From: Gaiellaceae bacterium
Lineage (GTDB): Bacteria > Actinomycetota > Thermoleophilia > Gaiellales > Gaiellaceae
Length of the DNA stretch: 64,000 nucleotides
Assembly (NCBI GenBank): GCA_036259875.1
Contig: DATAAZ010000024.1
Span: forward strand, 7,997 to 71,996
Direction: 5' to 3'
In this document: piece after piece, positions 34,749 through 44,514 of the stretch
Numbering within the stretch: the first letter of the stretch is position 1
Layout: every line of letters begins with the position of its first letter
Program-made: the position numbers and the translations under genes
The notes under the pieces: model-generated
What the model saw: only the letters and a program-made list of their open reading frames with translations
Told to the model about the DNA's origin: nothing
Databases searched by the model: none

Positions 34749-36049
34749 GGGGCCCGCGCGGGCCGCGTCACGGGAGCCGCGGCCGGCGAGAGGATCCAGA
34801 GGGCGGGCAGGACGACGAGCGCGGTGCCGCCGAGCGCGAGCGCGGCCACCCCGAGCGCATCGACGACGTAGCCGCCGAGAAGCACGAGCCCGGCGCCGAG
34901 AAGACTCGAGCCGACGTCGTTCAAGCCGAGCAGCTTGCCGCGATCGCCGACGGCGGCACGATCGGCCAGCGCCGCGGTTGCGGCGACGAACGAGAGGCTC
35001 CAGCCGATTCCGAGTGCGAAGAGGAGGACGGCCGTCCCGGCGACGCTCTCGGTCGGCGCGAGCGCCGCCGAGGCAACCGCCATTACGCCGAGCCCGCCGA
35101 CGAGCGCTTGTCGACGGCCGATCCGGTCGATCAGCTCGCCCACGACGAGGACGAGCGCGTACATGCCGAAGACGTGCGCGCCGATGATCGGGAAGACGTT
35201 CGCCTGATGGTGGCCGTGCTCGTGGACGACCACGTACGCGATGAGGTTCATGAGCGCGACCATGACCGAGAAGCTCGCGAACGCCGCGACGAGCGCGGGA
35301 ACGACGCCGGGCCGCCGGACGATCTCGGCAAGCGGAGCGGGGGGCGGCGCCGAGGCGTCCGGTCCGTGGCCGCGCGAGAGCGCTTCGCCGATCCGCTTCG
35401 GGTCCGGCCGGACGGCGAGCACGAGCGCGGCACCCACGAGCATGAACGCTCCCGCGACGAGCCATCCCGCCGTGAGGACGCGAGTCTCGAGCTCCTCCCC
35501 CGCGAAGAGCGGGCCGAACACCGCGGGGCCGAGAATCGCGCCGAACACGGCGCCGAAGAGAACGAGCGCGATCCCGCGTCCGCGCCGCTCCGCTGGGTAC
35601 ATGTCCCCTGCCGCCGCCCGCGAGAGGAGCGCGATCCCGGCCGCCGCCCCGAGCAGCGCGAAGCCGACGATCGTGAGCGGGCCGGAATCCGCATTGACGC
35701 CGAGCGCCGTGACCCCTGCCCCGAGCGCGCCGAGCCCGAACCCCGAGGCGAGCACGGGGACGCGCCCGAAGCGGTCCATCGCGCGCCCCGCCGGAAGCGC
35801 GCTCAGCGCCCCGGCGGTGAGGAAGATCGCGGGGCCGAGGCCGAGGAGCGCTTCGACCCCGGTCACCTCGACGAACGTGATCGAGGCGATCGCCGCCGCG
35901 AGCTGGAGCGTCGCCGAGTTGACCGCGAGCGCGGCCGCGAGGAGCGCGGTGTTCCGGCGGACCGCCCGCCCGAGCGCCGGCCCGTGGAGCTCGTGGGCGT
36001 CCGCACCGGACACGGCGCTTAGCTTAGGCGCCGCTCGCGGCGCCGACAT
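34745..36049 (-). CDS. MFS transporter
   Basis: 434 aa with about 12 hydrophobic segments. AGRAMDRFGR is the MFS loop 2-3 motif. Confidence 0.85.
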   Translation of the reverse strand: MSAPRAAPKLSAVSGADAHELHGPALGRAVRRNTALLAAALAVNSATLQLAAAIASITFVEVTGVEALLGLGPAIFLTAGALSALPAGRAMDRFGRVPVLASGFGLGALGAGVTALGVNADSGPLTIVGFALLGAAAGIALLSRAAAGDMYPAERRGRGIALVLFGAVFGAILGPAVFGPLFAGEELETRVLTAGWLVAGAFMLVGAALVLAVRPDPKRIGEALSRGHGPDASAPPPAPLAEIVRRPGVVPALVAAFASFSVMVALMNLIAYVVVHEHGHHQANVFPIIGAHVFGMYALVLVVGELIDRIGRRQALVGGLGVMAVASAALAPTESVAGTAVLLFALGIGWSLSFVAATAALADRAAVGDRGKLLGLNDVGSSLLGAGLVLLGGYVVDALGVAALALGGTALVVLPALWILSPAAAPVTRPARAP

Positions 36050-36078
36050 CGCGGACGTGCCGGCCGGGCGCGCTCCGT

Positions 36079-37305
36079 TTGAATGACCGGTCGATCCGAG
36101 GGCGTTTCGGTAAAACGCCGTGCGACGTGCGCCTGACGCTCCCGCTCTATGCCGGCGGCTTCCTCGGCCCGTTCGGGGGCGCGATGCTCGTCGCGCTCAT
36201 CCCGAACGTCGCCGCGGGCCTCGGGACGTCGCTCACGCTCGTCGCCGCCGCGATCACGACCTACATGATCCCGTTCGCCGCGCTCCAGCTCGTTTCGGGC
36301 ACCGTTGCGGAGCGGCTCGGCGCGCGGCGCGTCGTCCGTACGGCCTACCTCGTCTACGGCGCGGCCGCGCTCGTCTGCGCGCTCGCGCCGGAGATCTGGA
36401 CCTTCCTCGGCGCGCGGGCCGTCATGGGAGCCGCGAACGCCTTCCTTTCGCCCATCCTCCTCGCCGCGCTTTCGGAGGTCGTCGCGCCCGAGGTGCTCGG
36501 CCGGACGGTCGGGACGTTCGCCGCGTGGCAGACGGCCGGCTTCATGCTCGCGCCGGCGCTCGGGGGCGCGCTCGGCGAGGTCTCCTGGCGGCTCGCCTTC
36601 GTCATGGTCACGCTCGCGGCGCTCGCCCTCGCGCTTCCGTCGCGGACGCTCGGGACGTTCGAGGGCGCGCGCGCGTCCGAGGCGACCCTGCGCGCGCTCT
36701 TCAACCGGTGGATCGCCCTCCTGTCCGCAAAGGCGATCCTCGGCTACCTCGGCTTCACCGCGATCGGCTTCGTGCTCGTGCTGGTCGCTGCGGACGAGTT
36801 CGGGCTCGGCTCCGGCGCGCGCGGCCTGCTCGTCGCGGGCTATGGCCTCGGCGGAATCCTGCTCGGGCGCTTCGCGGGATCGATCGTCGATCGCGCCGGC
36901 CGGCCGTCGACGGCGCTCGCGGGTACGCTCGCCTGCACCGCGGGCGTGCTCGGGCTCGCGTTCGCGCCGAGCGTCTGGAGTCTCGCGCTCGTCTGGCTCG
37001 CCGTCGGCTGCGCGGCGACGTTTGTCTGGGCGGGCCTCAACACGATCGCCGTCGAGTCGTTCCCGCAGAACCGCGCAGGTGCGACGTCCGCCTACAGCGC
37101 CTTCAAGTTCCTGGGCATCGCGGTCGGCCCGCTCGTCTACGTGCCGCTCTTCCACGTGGACACTCGGGCGCCGTTCTTCGTCGCGGCGGTGTTCTCGCTC
37201 ACGCTCGCCGCGCTCGTGGTGCCCTGGTTCGCGCGGTACCGAGAGCTGACGCGCGTGAACCCCTGGTTCCACCGCGAACCCCCTCCTCAGGAGCAGACGT
37301 CGTGA
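36079..37305 (+). CDS. MFS transporter
   Basis: 408 aa; polytopic. GTVAERLGARR is an MFS-type motif. The start is uncertain (TTG 36079 or the downstream GTG). Confidence 0.82.
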   Translation: MNDRSIRGRFGKTPCDVRLTLPLYAGGFLGPFGGAMLVALIPNVAAGLGTSLTLVAAAITTYMIPFAALQLVSGTVAERLGARRVVRTAYLVYGAAALVCALAPEIWTFLGARAVMGAANAFLSPILLAALSEVVAPEVLGRTVGTFAAWQTAGFMLAPALGGALGEVSWRLAFVMVTLAALALALPSRTLGTFEGARASEATLRALFNRWIALLSAKAILGYLGFTAIGFVLVLVAADEFGLGSGARGLLVAGYGLGGILLGRFAGSIVDRAGRPSTALAGTLACTAGVLGLAFAPSVWSLALVWLAVGCAATFVWAGLNTIAVESFPQNRAGATSAYSAFKFLGIAVGPLVYVPLFHVDTRAPFFVAAVFSLTLAALVVPWFARYRELTRVNPWFHREPPPQEQTS

Positions 37306-37568
37306 TCAGGCGCCGGGTGATCGTGCACGGGCGCGTGCAGGGCGTCTTCTTCCGCGACACCGCGCGCCGGCTCGCGGCCCAGCGCGGCGTCGTGGGTTGG
37401 GCGCGGAACGTCCCGGACGGCACGGTCGAGGCGGTGTTCGAGGGCGAGCCCGAGGCGGTCGAGCGGCTCGTTACCTTCTGCCGCGAGGGGCCGCGCGGCG
37501 CGGTCGTCGAGCGAGTCGAGGTCGTCGACGAGGAGCCCGAGGGGCTGAGAGGCTTCTCGATCCGGTAG
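37302..37568 (+). CDS. acyP: acylphosphatase
   Basis: GTG 37302 overlaps the MFS stop (GTGA); 88 aa. VHGRVQGVFFRDTA and GWARNVPDGTVEAVFEG are acylphosphatase signatures. Confidence 0.9.
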   Translation: MIRRRVIVHGRVQGVFFRDTARRLAAQRGVVGWARNVPDGTVEAVFEGEPEAVERLVTFCREGPRGAVVERVEVVDEEPEGLRGFSIR

Positions 37569-37571
37569 GAC

Positions 37572-37577
37572 TACGAT
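37572..37577 (+). promoter_or_regulatory. candidate -10 hexamer (TACGAT) 7 nt upstream of GTG 37585
   Basis: TACGAT-ccggccc-GTG fits TANNNT. Confidence 0.35.
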
Positions 37578-37584
37578 CCGGCCC

Positions 37585-38850
37585 GTGGATCGGCACGGCT
37601 TCCTCGAGCGGACGGGGCTCACGTTCGCAGCGGCCGCGCTCGCCTCGACGCCCGCCTGGTTCCCGGACGAGGCCGGCGCCGACGCAGCGGCCGACGTGCG
37701 CACCTGGCGCGGGGTCCGTGCACAGTTCCGGCTGCGCCGCGACCTCGTCCACCTCGGGACGTTCCTCCTCGCCTCGCACCCGAAGCCCGTCCGCGACTCG
37801 ATCGCGCGCCACCGAGCGGGACTCGACCGAAACACCGTCGACTACCTGCACGGAAAGGGACCGGTGCTCGAGGCGGCGGTTCTCCGGGCGGCGGCTTCGT
37901 ACCTCGGCGCGAGCCCCGCCGAAATCGCGCTGACCGACTCGACGACGATGGGGTTAGGGACGCTCTACACCGGACTCGCCGTGCGCGCGGGGCAGGAGCT
38001 CCTGACGACCGAGCACGACTTCTTCGCCACGCATGCCTCGCTCAGGGAGAAAGCGCGGCGGAGCGGCGCGAGCGTGCGGCGCGTCCGCCTCTACGAGCCC
38101 GGCGACGAGGTGACGGAGCAGCAGCTCGTCGACCGGCTGCTCGCCGGCGTCAGCGACCGCACGCGCGTCGTCGCGATCACATGGGTGCACTCGAGCACGG
38201 GAGTCAAGCTCCCGATCCGCAGGATCGGCGACGCACTCGCGGCGACGAACGCGACCCGCGACCCGGCCGACCGCGCGCTCCTTTGCGTCGACGGGGTCCA
38301 CGGGCTCGGCGTCGAGGACGTAACGGCGCCCGGACTCGGGTGCGACTTCCTGATCGCCGGAACGCACAAGTGGCTCTTCGGGCCGCGCGGGACGGGTCTC
38401 GTCTGGGCCCGCTCGGCCGCGTGGTCGCAGGCCTCGCCCACCATCCCGTCGTTCTCCGGAGACTCGACGTTCGGCGCGGTCATGACCCCGGGCGGGTTCC
38501 ACTCGTTCGAGCATCGCTGGGCGCTCGGCTCGGCGTTCCGGTTCCATGAACGGGTCGGGAAAGCGCGCGTGGAAGCGCGGATCCACTCCCTCGCGCGCCA
38601 GTTCAAAGAGGGGCTCGCTGCGATCCCGCGAGTGCGCCTCGTCACGCCGAGGTCGGACGCGGTCGCGGCCGGGCTCGTGTGCTTCGAGGTCGCGGGCCTC
38701 CCGCCGCGCGCGGTCGTCTCGCGCCTTCGCGCGAACCGGATCGTCGCGACCGAGACGCCGTACAACCCGTCGTACGCGCGCGTCGGCCCGGGAATGCTGA
38801 ATACGCCGGCCGACGTGCGGCGCGCCCTCGCCGCGATTCGCGCCCTCTAG
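37585..38850 (+). CDS. aminotransferase class V-fold PLP-dependent enzyme (signal-peptide-like N-terminus)
   Basis: 421 aa. AGTHKWLFGPRGTG contains the PLP-lysine region typical of class V. The N-terminus FLERTGLTFAAAALAS looks like an export signal. Confidence 0.78.
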   Translation: MDRHGFLERTGLTFAAAALASTPAWFPDEAGADAAADVRTWRGVRAQFRLRRDLVHLGTFLLASHPKPVRDSIARHRAGLDRNTVDYLHGKGPVLEAAVLRAAASYLGASPAEIALTDSTTMGLGTLYTGLAVRAGQELLTTEHDFFATHASLREKARRSGASVRRVRLYEPGDEVTEQQLVDRLLAGVSDRTRVVAITWVHSSTGVKLPIRRIGDALAATNATRDPADRALLCVDGVHGLGVEDVTAPGLGCDFLIAGTHKWLFGPRGTGLVWARSAAWSQASPTIPSFSGDSTFGAVMTPGGFHSFEHRWALGSAFRFHERVGKARVEARIHSLARQFKEGLAAIPRVRLVTPRSDAVAAGLVCFEVAGLPPRAVVSRLRANRIVATETPYNPSYARVGPGMLNTPADVRRALAAIRAL

Positions 38851-38884
38851 CGCGCGGGCCGGCGATGACCGGCTTTTACACGCC

Positions 38885-40480
38885 CTATTCCCACTCGATC
38901 GTCGCCGGGGGCTTCGACGTGAGATCAAGGGCGACACGGTTGACACCCGGGATCTCGTTCACGATGCGGCTCGCCAGCGTCTCGAGGAGGTCGTAGGGCA
39001 GGCGGGCCCAGTCCGCCGTCATCGCGTCCTCGGACGTGACGGCGCGGATCACGATCGGGTAGGCGTACGTGCGCTCGTCGCCCTGCACTCCGACCGAGCG
39101 GATCGCGGGGAGGACGGCGAAGCTCTGCCAGAGCTCGCGGTCGAGGCCCGCGCGGCGGATCTCCTCCTGCACGATCGCGTCCGCTTCGCGGAGGATCTCG
39201 AGCCGCTCCTCGGTCACCTCGCCGATGATCCGGATCGCGAGCCCGGGGCCTGGAAACGGCTGGCGCCAGACCATCTGTTCCGGAAGGCCGAGCTCCTCGC
39301 CGACGCGCCGCACCTCGTCCTTGAAGAGAAGCCGTAGCGGCTCGACGAGGTCGAGGTCCATGTCGGCGGGGAGGCCGCCGACGTTGTGGTGCGACTTGAT
39401 CGTGGCGGCGACCCCCTCGCTCGTCTCGCGGCCGCCGGACTCGATGACGTCCGAATAGAGCGTTCCCTGGACGAGGAAGCGGACGCGGCCGAGCCGGCCC
39501 GCCTCCTCCTCGAAGACGCGGATGAACTCCTCGCCGACGCGCCGGCGCTTCTCCTCGGGATCGTCGATCCCGCGCAGGCGCGTGAGAAAGCGCTCGCGCG
39601 CGTCGACGTGCACGAGCGGGACGCGGAAGTGGCGGCCGAACGTCTCCGTGACCTGCTCGGCCTCCCCGCTTCGAAGGAGGCCGTGGTCCACGAAGACGCA
39701 CGTGAGCTGCTCGCCGACCGCCTTGTACGTGAGGAGGGCGGCGACGGCGGAATCGACGCCGCCCGAGAGCGCGCAGAGCACGCGCTCGCCGCCGACCTGG
39801 GCGCGGATCCGGGACGTCTCCTCCTCGATGACGGCAGCGGCCGTCCACGCAGGCGGCGCCCCGGCGACGCGGTAGAGGAAGTTCTTGAGAACGTCTTGGC
39901 CGTACGGCGTGTGCACGACCTCCGGGTGAAATTGGACGGCGTACACCCCGCGCCGCCCGTCCTCGAACGCGGAGATCGGCGCCGCCTCCGAGGCGCCGAC
40001 CACCCGCGCCCCGGGCGGCGCAGCGACGACCGAATCCCGGTGGCTCATCCAGCATGTCTGCTCCGCCGGCAGCCCGGTGAAGAGCGCGCTCTCGCGCTCC
40101 GCCCGCAGATCCGTCCGTCCGAACTCCGATCGGTCGGTCCGGTCGACCCGCCCGCCCAGCTCCTGCGCGAGAAGCTGCATCCCGTAGCAGATCCCTAGCA
40201 CCGGGATGCCGAGCTCGAAGAGACCTGGGTCGACGCGCGGGGCGCCGTCCGCGTAGACGGACGCCGGCCCACCCGAGAGGACGAGGGCGAGGGGACGGCG
40301 GGCGCGCACGGTCGCGGGGGAGACCGTGTGCGGGACGAGCTCCGAATAGACGCGCGCCTCGCGGATTCGGCGCGCGATCAGCTGCGAGTACTGCCCGCCG
40401 AGATCGACCACGAGAACGGGGCGCTCCTCGGGCCTCGCGTCCCGGGCCGGAAACTGAATGACGGCTTCCGCTTCGCTCAC
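38885..40480 (-). CDS. guaA: GMP synthase (glutamine-hydrolysing)
   Basis: 531 aa from GTG 40480. GICYGMQLL marks the GATase domain, [12 protein letters not shown] is the ATP-PPase P-loop, and the C-terminus is ...KPPATIEWE. Confidence 0.95.
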   Translation of the reverse strand: MSEAEAVIQFPARDARPEERPVLVVDLGGQYSQLIARRIREARVYSELVPHTVSPATVRARRPLALVLSGGPASVYADGAPRVDPGLFELGIPVLGICYGMQLLAQELGGRVDRTDRSEFGRTDLRAERESALFTGLPAEQTCWMSHRDSVVAAPPGARVVGASEAAPISAFEDGRRGVYAVQFHPEVVHTPYGQDVLKNFLYRVAGAPPAWTAAAVIEEETSRIRAQVGGERVLCALSGGVDSAVAALLTYKAVGEQLTCVFVDHGLLRSGEAEQVTETFGRHFRVPLVHVDARERFLTRLRGIDDPEEKRRRVGEEFIRVFEEEAGRLGRVRFLVQGTLYSDVIESGGRETSEGVAATIKSHHNVGGLPADMDLDLVEPLRLLFKDEVRRVGEELGLPEQMVWRQPFPGPGLAIRIIGEVTEERLEILREADAIVQEEIRRAGLDRELWQSFAVLPAIRSVGVQGDERTYAYPIVIRAVTSEDAMTADWARLPYDLLETLASRIVNEIPGVNRVALDLTSKPPATIEWE

Positions 40481-40522
40481 GCCCTATGTCCGCGAGCGAA
40501 ACGAGCGGCAGAGCGGAATCCT

Positions 40523-40543
40523 GGGGGAAACCCGGTTTCCCCC
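40523..40543 (-). other. perfect 9-bp hairpin in the guaB3-guaA spacer (attenuator/processing/terminator candidate)
   Basis: GGGGGAAAC-ccg-GTTTCCCCC begins 5 nt after the guaB3 stop. No U-tract follows. Confidence 0.45.
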
Positions 40544-40547
40544 ATGC

Positions 40548-41705
40548 TCAACCCATTCCGATCCGCTGGGCCTGCTGGAGCGTCTTCCCTTCGCTCGTGA
40601 TCGCAGGGGCGAGCGCGACCTCGGCGCGCTGGAAATCATGGATGTTCTCGTAGCCGCAGGTCGCCATCGCCGTGCGAAGCGCGCCCATCAGGTTCAGCGT
40701 CCCGTCGTTCTCCCGAGCGGGCCCGACGAGGATCTCCTCCAGCGAGGCGACCTGCTCGACCTTGACGCGCGCGCCCCGCGGCAGCGTCGGGTGAAACGTC
40801 GCCATCCCCCAGTGGTAGCCGCGGCCCGGCGCCTCACGCGCACGGGCGAGCGGGGAGCCGACCATGACCGCGTCGGCGCCGCACGCGATCGCCTTCGCGA
40901 TGTCGCCGCCCGTTCGCATGCCGCCGTCGGCGATCACGTTCACGTACCGGCCGGTGTCGAGAAGGTGCTGCGCGCGCGCGGCCGCGGCGTCGGCGATCGC
41001 GGTCGCCTGCGGAACGCCGACTCCCAGGACGCCGCGCGTCGTGCACGCGGCGCCCGGCCCCACCCCGACGAGGACGCCGGCGGCGCCCGTCCGCATGAGA
41101 TGAAGCGCGCCGTGGTAGGACGCGCAGCCACCGACGATCACCGGCACGTCGAGCCCGGCGACGAACGCCTTCAGGTCGAGCGCAGCGCCGTTCGACGAGA
41201 CGTGTTCGGCCGACACAACCGTCCCCTGGATCACAAGGACGTCGAGGCCGGCGTCGAGCCCGATCCCGTGGTACTCGCGAACGCGCTGCGGCGTGAGCGC
41301 GCCCGCCGCGAGAACGCCCGCCGCCTTGATCTCGCGCACGCGGCGCCCGATCAGGTCGGGATCGATCGGGCGCGAGTAGATCTCCTGCATTCCCCGGGTC
41401 GCCTCGTGGGCCGGAAGGCGCGCGATCCGCTCCAGCTGCTCGTCAGGGTTGACGTAGCGCGTGTAGATGCCCTCGAGGTTCAGAACGCCGAGCCCGCCGA
41501 GCTTCCCGACTGCGATCGCCGTCTCCGGGGAGACGACGCCGTCCATCGCCGAGGCGAGGAGCGGGAGCTCGAGCAGGTGATCGCCGAGCTTCCAGCCGAT
41601 GTCCACGTCGTCGGGGTCGCGCGTTCGCCGGCTCGGGACGATTGCGATGTCGTCGAAGCCGTACGCCTGCCGGGCCTTCTTGCCGAGCCCGATCTCGACG
41701 TCCAC
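40548..41705 (-). CDS. guaB3: GuaB3-type IMP dehydrogenase-related protein (no CBS insert)
   Basis: 385 aa from GTG 41705, preceded by GGCGGGGG. YGFDDIAIVPSRRTRDP, the TIM-barrel body and GGMRTGGDIAKA are present. Confidence 0.85.
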   Translation of the reverse strand: MDVEIGLGKKARQAYGFDDIAIVPSRRTRDPDDVDIGWKLGDHLLELPLLASAMDGVVSPETAIAVGKLGGLGVLNLEGIYTRYVNPDEQLERIARLPAHEATRGMQEIYSRPIDPDLIGRRVREIKAAGVLAAGALTPQRVREYHGIGLDAGLDVLVIQGTVVSAEHVSSNGAALDLKAFVAGLDVPVIVGGCASYHGALHLMRTGAAGVLVGVGPGAACTTRGVLGVGVPQATAIADAAAARAQHLLDTGRYVNVIADGGMRTGGDIAKAIACGADAVMVGSPLARAREAPGRGYHWGMATFHPTLPRGARVKVEQVASLEEILVGPARENDGTLNLMGALRTAMATCGYENIHDFQRAEVALAPAITSEGKTLQQAQRIGMG

Positions 41706-42044
41706 TAATGCCCCCGCCGGTGATGCTGTCGGATGTCTGGGTCGCGACTACCAGGCCAGAGTCCGCACTCGTTCGCAGCGAAGGCTGGGCCCCTTTGCGA
41801 GGGCGAGGGTGAGACCTGGCCCCGCGTGATCGCGGCCCAGGGCCCGGCGTGCTTTGCCGAAAGAGGCACGTCCAAATCCCCCTTGAAGCACGAAGCCCAG
41901 GCAGAACCGGCTTGCCTGGGCATCTGGACGGACGCGTCCGCCTGCACTCTCATGCGATGCGATCGTAACAGCGGCGGACGACGACGCCCCGAGACGGCGT
42001 CGTGAGCGGGCGCCTCACCGAGCCGAGCCGAAGCCGGCGGGCGC
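41706..42044. other. unassigned lower-GC, hairpin-rich non-coding region (candidate sRNA or long guaB3 leader)
   Basis: 339 nt lie between the pfkB stop and the guaB3 start. ORFs here have non-protein-like composition. Minus-strand local hairpins include CCCAGGCA-n9-TGCCTGGG (41921-41897) and CCTGG-g-CCGCG-atca-CGCGG-gg-CCAGG (about 41842-41816). Confidence 0.3.
41981..42003 (-). terminator. I-shaped terminator candidate after pfkB
   Basis: ACGACGCC-n7-GGCGTCGT is an 8-bp stem lying 42 nt after the pfkB stop. No clear U-tract follows. Confidence 0.3.
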
Positions 42045-43004
42045 TCAGGCGTCCTGGACGGCGTGCTCGAGCGGCTCCACCGTTACGAGCCCGCTCACGC
42101 GGCCGGCTTCGCGTGGATCGAAGCGGCCGGGGCCCGGCTCGAGCACCGAGGCGGCGCCTGCCGCAACCGCGTTTCGGACCGACTCCTCGACCGAGCGGGC
42201 CGCTGCGCGCGCGGCGAGGAAGCCGGCGAGAAGGGTGTCGCCCGCGCCGACCGTCGAGACCGGCTCCAGGCGCGGCGTCGTCGCCCGAACCCGGTGCTCC
42301 TCGCGATCGTCCCGCACGAGGGCGTAGCACCCCGTCTCGGTCGTGATGAGGACGTTGCGAGCGCCGAGGCCGGCGATCTCGTCGAGCCCGTGGGCGAGCT
42401 CGTCGTCGTCGTTGAACTCGTGACCGGCGAGCGACTCTGCCTCACGGACGTTCGGCGCGACGAGGTACGGCTCCGCCTGGACGCCGAGCCGCAGCGCCTC
42501 GCCTTCCGCATCGAGCACGACGAGCACCTGTCGCCGGTTCAGCTCGCGAATCACCTCCGCGTAGAAGCCGGCGTCGATGCCGCGCGGAAGTGACCCGGCG
42601 AGGACGACGAACTGGGCTTCCTGCGCCAGGTAGGCCAGCTTGTCGCGAAGCGCTGCGAGCTCCTCGTCGGACACTTCGGGCCCCCACTCGTTGATCTCGG
42701 TGTACTGCTCGGAGATCGGGTCGAGCACGGCGACGGAGGTGCGCGACTCGTTATCGATGTGGACGAAGTCGTTGAGGATCCCCTCGTTCCGCAGGTCGTC
42801 GACGATCTGCGCGCCGTTCCGCCCTCCGACGAACCCCGTGCAGACGACGGGCACGCCTAGGTGGCGAAGCGCGCGGGCGACGTTCACGCCCTTTCCGCCG
42901 GCGCTCGCGAAGGCGAGGCTCGCCCGATGGCGCTGCCCGAGCTGGAAGTTCGGCACCAGCAGCGTCCGATCCGTGGCCGCGTTCAGCGTGACGGTGACGA
43001 TCAC
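42045..43004 (-). CDS. PfkB-family carbohydrate kinase (1-phosphofructokinase-like)
   Basis: 319 aa; GTG 43004 overlaps the upstream stop (GTGA). TVTLNAATDRT, GGKGVNVARAL and GAGDTLLAGF are PfkB signatures. Confidence 0.85.
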   Translation of the reverse strand: MIVTVTLNAATDRTLLVPNFQLGQRHRASLAFASAGGKGVNVARALRHLGVPVVCTGFVGGRNGAQIVDDLRNEGILNDFVHIDNESRTSVAVLDPISEQYTEINEWGPEVSDEELAALRDKLAYLAQEAQFVVLAGSLPRGIDAGFYAEVIRELNRRQVLVVLDAEGEALRLGVQAEPYLVAPNVREAESLAGHEFNDDDELAHGLDEIAGLGARNVLITTETGCYALVRDDREEHRVRATTPRLEPVSTVGAGDTLLAGFLAARAAARSVEESVRNAVAAGAASVLEPGPGRFDPREAGRVSGLVTVEPLEHAVQDA

Positions 43005-44170
43005 AGGACTCCTCCGAAGACCCCGCTCAGCATCTCTCCCGCTTCGGAGAACGCGCGGTCAGCGTACCAACCCGCCCTCTCCTCGAGGCCCGCGTCTCCG
43101 ACCGTCTCCGCGGCGACGAGCGGGCGCCGCGCGACGACGCGGTCGCCCTCGAGGACGCGGATCTCGCCGAGACGTTTTCCGCGGCGGACGGGCAGCTCCA
43201 CGGTCGCCGGCACGACGATCTCCTCCACGAGCGGCCGCCCCACGTGGACGACGGCGGCAGCGGGCCCGGCGGCCAGGAGCGCGAGACGCTCGTCCGAGAA
43301 CGGAACCTCCGCGGTCGCGTAGGTGCGCTCGGGAACGACGACCTTCAGCCTCACGTACTGCGCGAAGCCCCACTCGAGGATCGCAGCAAGATCTCGGTTT
43401 CGCTCGCCGCGCGACGGGCTCCCCAGCACGACGGCATAGACGCCGACGCCGTCGCGCCGCGCGAACGCGACCTGGCACCAGCCGGCCGCCGCCGTGTGAC
43501 CCGTCTTGACACCGCGGAGCCCCGGGAACTCGCCGAGCAGGTCGTTCCACGCGAAGAGCGTCCGCCCGCCGGCGATTCGGCCCGACTCCATCCGGACGAG
43601 CCGCCGGACGAGCGGCCGCCGCATGGCCGCCCGTGCGAGCGCGAGCACGTCCTCGGCGGACGAGTAATGCCCCGGGACGTCGAGTCCGTCCGGGCGGACG
43701 AAGTGCGTGTCCTCGAGGCCGAGCTCGCGCGCCTCGGCGTTCATGAGCCGGACGAAGCGGCGGACGTCTCCGTCACCCACGTGCGCGGCGAGCGCGAACG
43801 CGGCGTCGTTCGCGCTCTGGATGAGCGCGGCCGCGAGGAGGTCGCGGACGGAGATCCGCTCGCCGGGGCGCAGGTGCACGGTCGACTCGCCCACCGTCGA
43901 GGCGAGCCGCCTGACCGTGACGACGTCTTCCGGATGCGCATGCTCGAGGACGACGAGCGCCGTCATGAGCTTCGTGATGCTCGCGATCGCCGCGCGCGCG
44001 TCGGCGTTTCGCGCGAAGATCACCTCGCCCGTCGCCGCGTTCGCGACGAGGACCGCGGTCGCGTCGACGCGGGGAGCCGGCTCGGTCTGCTGCGCCGAGG
44101 CCGGCGCGGCTGCCGAGACGAAGGCGGCGGCGAGGGCGACGAACAGGAACCCACGGCGCACGGGCGCCAA
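43001..44170 (-). CDS. D-alanyl-D-alanine carboxypeptidase (S11, PBP5-like)
   Basis: 389 aa from TTG 44170. It has a signal peptide, the SxxK motif (IASITKLMT), SAND and KTGHT. Confidence 0.88.
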   Translation of the reverse strand: MAPVRRGFLFVALAAAFVSAAAPASAQQTEPAPRVDATAVLVANAATGEVIFARNADARAAIASITKLMTALVVLEHAHPEDVVTVRRLASTVGESTVHLRPGERISVRDLLAAALIQSANDAAFALAAHVGDGDVRRFVRLMNAEARELGLEDTHFVRPDGLDVPGHYSSAEDVLALARAAMRRPLVRRLVRMESGRIAGGRTLFAWNDLLGEFPGLRGVKTGHTAAAGWCQVAFARRDGVGVYAVVLGSPSRGERNRDLAAILEWGFAQYVRLKVVVPERTYATAEVPFSDERLALLAAGPAAAVVHVGRPLVEEIVVPATVELPVRRGKRLGEIRVLEGDRVVARRPLVAAETVGDAGLEERAGWYADRAFSEAGEMLSGVFGGVL

Positions 44171-44182
44171 CTGTACCCCGAC

Positions 44183-44188
44183 TAGAAT
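44183..44188 (+). promoter_or_regulatory. candidate -10 hexamer (TAGAAT) 8 nt upstream of GTG 44197
   Basis: TAGAAT-cgggcccc-GTG is a near-consensus -10. Confidence 0.4.
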
Positions 44189-44196
44189 CGGGCCCC

Positions 44197-44514
44197 GTGA
44201 GCGAGGTCGACCGTACGGCGAAGCCCGTTCGCAAGCGCGGTGTCGAGCGCTCGCTCGAGATCCAGCTCGGGCCGTTCGGCGGCCTGGAGCTGCGGCCGAC
44301 GCGCGTGTTCCTCTGGGGCGGTGCCGACCGCGCCGGCCGGGAGCGGATCGTCTCGCTCGGCGTGCCGCCGCGGAACCTCGTCGTCCCGCGCCGCGAGCGC
44401 GAGGTCCACGCCGGGCCGGTGCGCGTTCGCTCGCTCGGGAACCCGGTCATGACCATGGCGCTGGCCGGCGTCCACGTCGCGCGGAAAATCGCGCGCGAGC
44501 GCGACAGGAAATAG
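44197..44514 (+). CDS. hypothetical protein (105 aa)
   Basis: More than 90% G/C at third positions by eye. Its composition is more protein-like than the Arg/Ser/Pro-rich opposite-strand ORFs, and a -10-like TAGAAT lies just upstream. Family not recognised. Confidence 0.5.
   Translation: MSEVDRTAKPVRKRGVERSLEIQLGPFGGLELRPTRVFLWGGADRAGRERIVSLGVPPRNLVVPRREREVHAGPVRVRSLGNPVMTMALAGVHVARKIARERDRK

Noticed and set aside
41730-41960. 6S RNA / Ms1-like RNA assignment for the guaB3-upstream region
   Set aside because: I could not find the long 5'-3' closing helix and central bubble by hand. Only local hairpins are evident, so the region is reported as unassigned, not as a named RNA.
41705-42005. ORFs 41705-41953 (-) and 41733-42005 (+) as small proteins
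   Set aside because: Both have odd composition (Cys/Trp/Gln/His scattered, no GC3 bias) and lack an SD or -10 at a sensible distance. The region looks non-coding.
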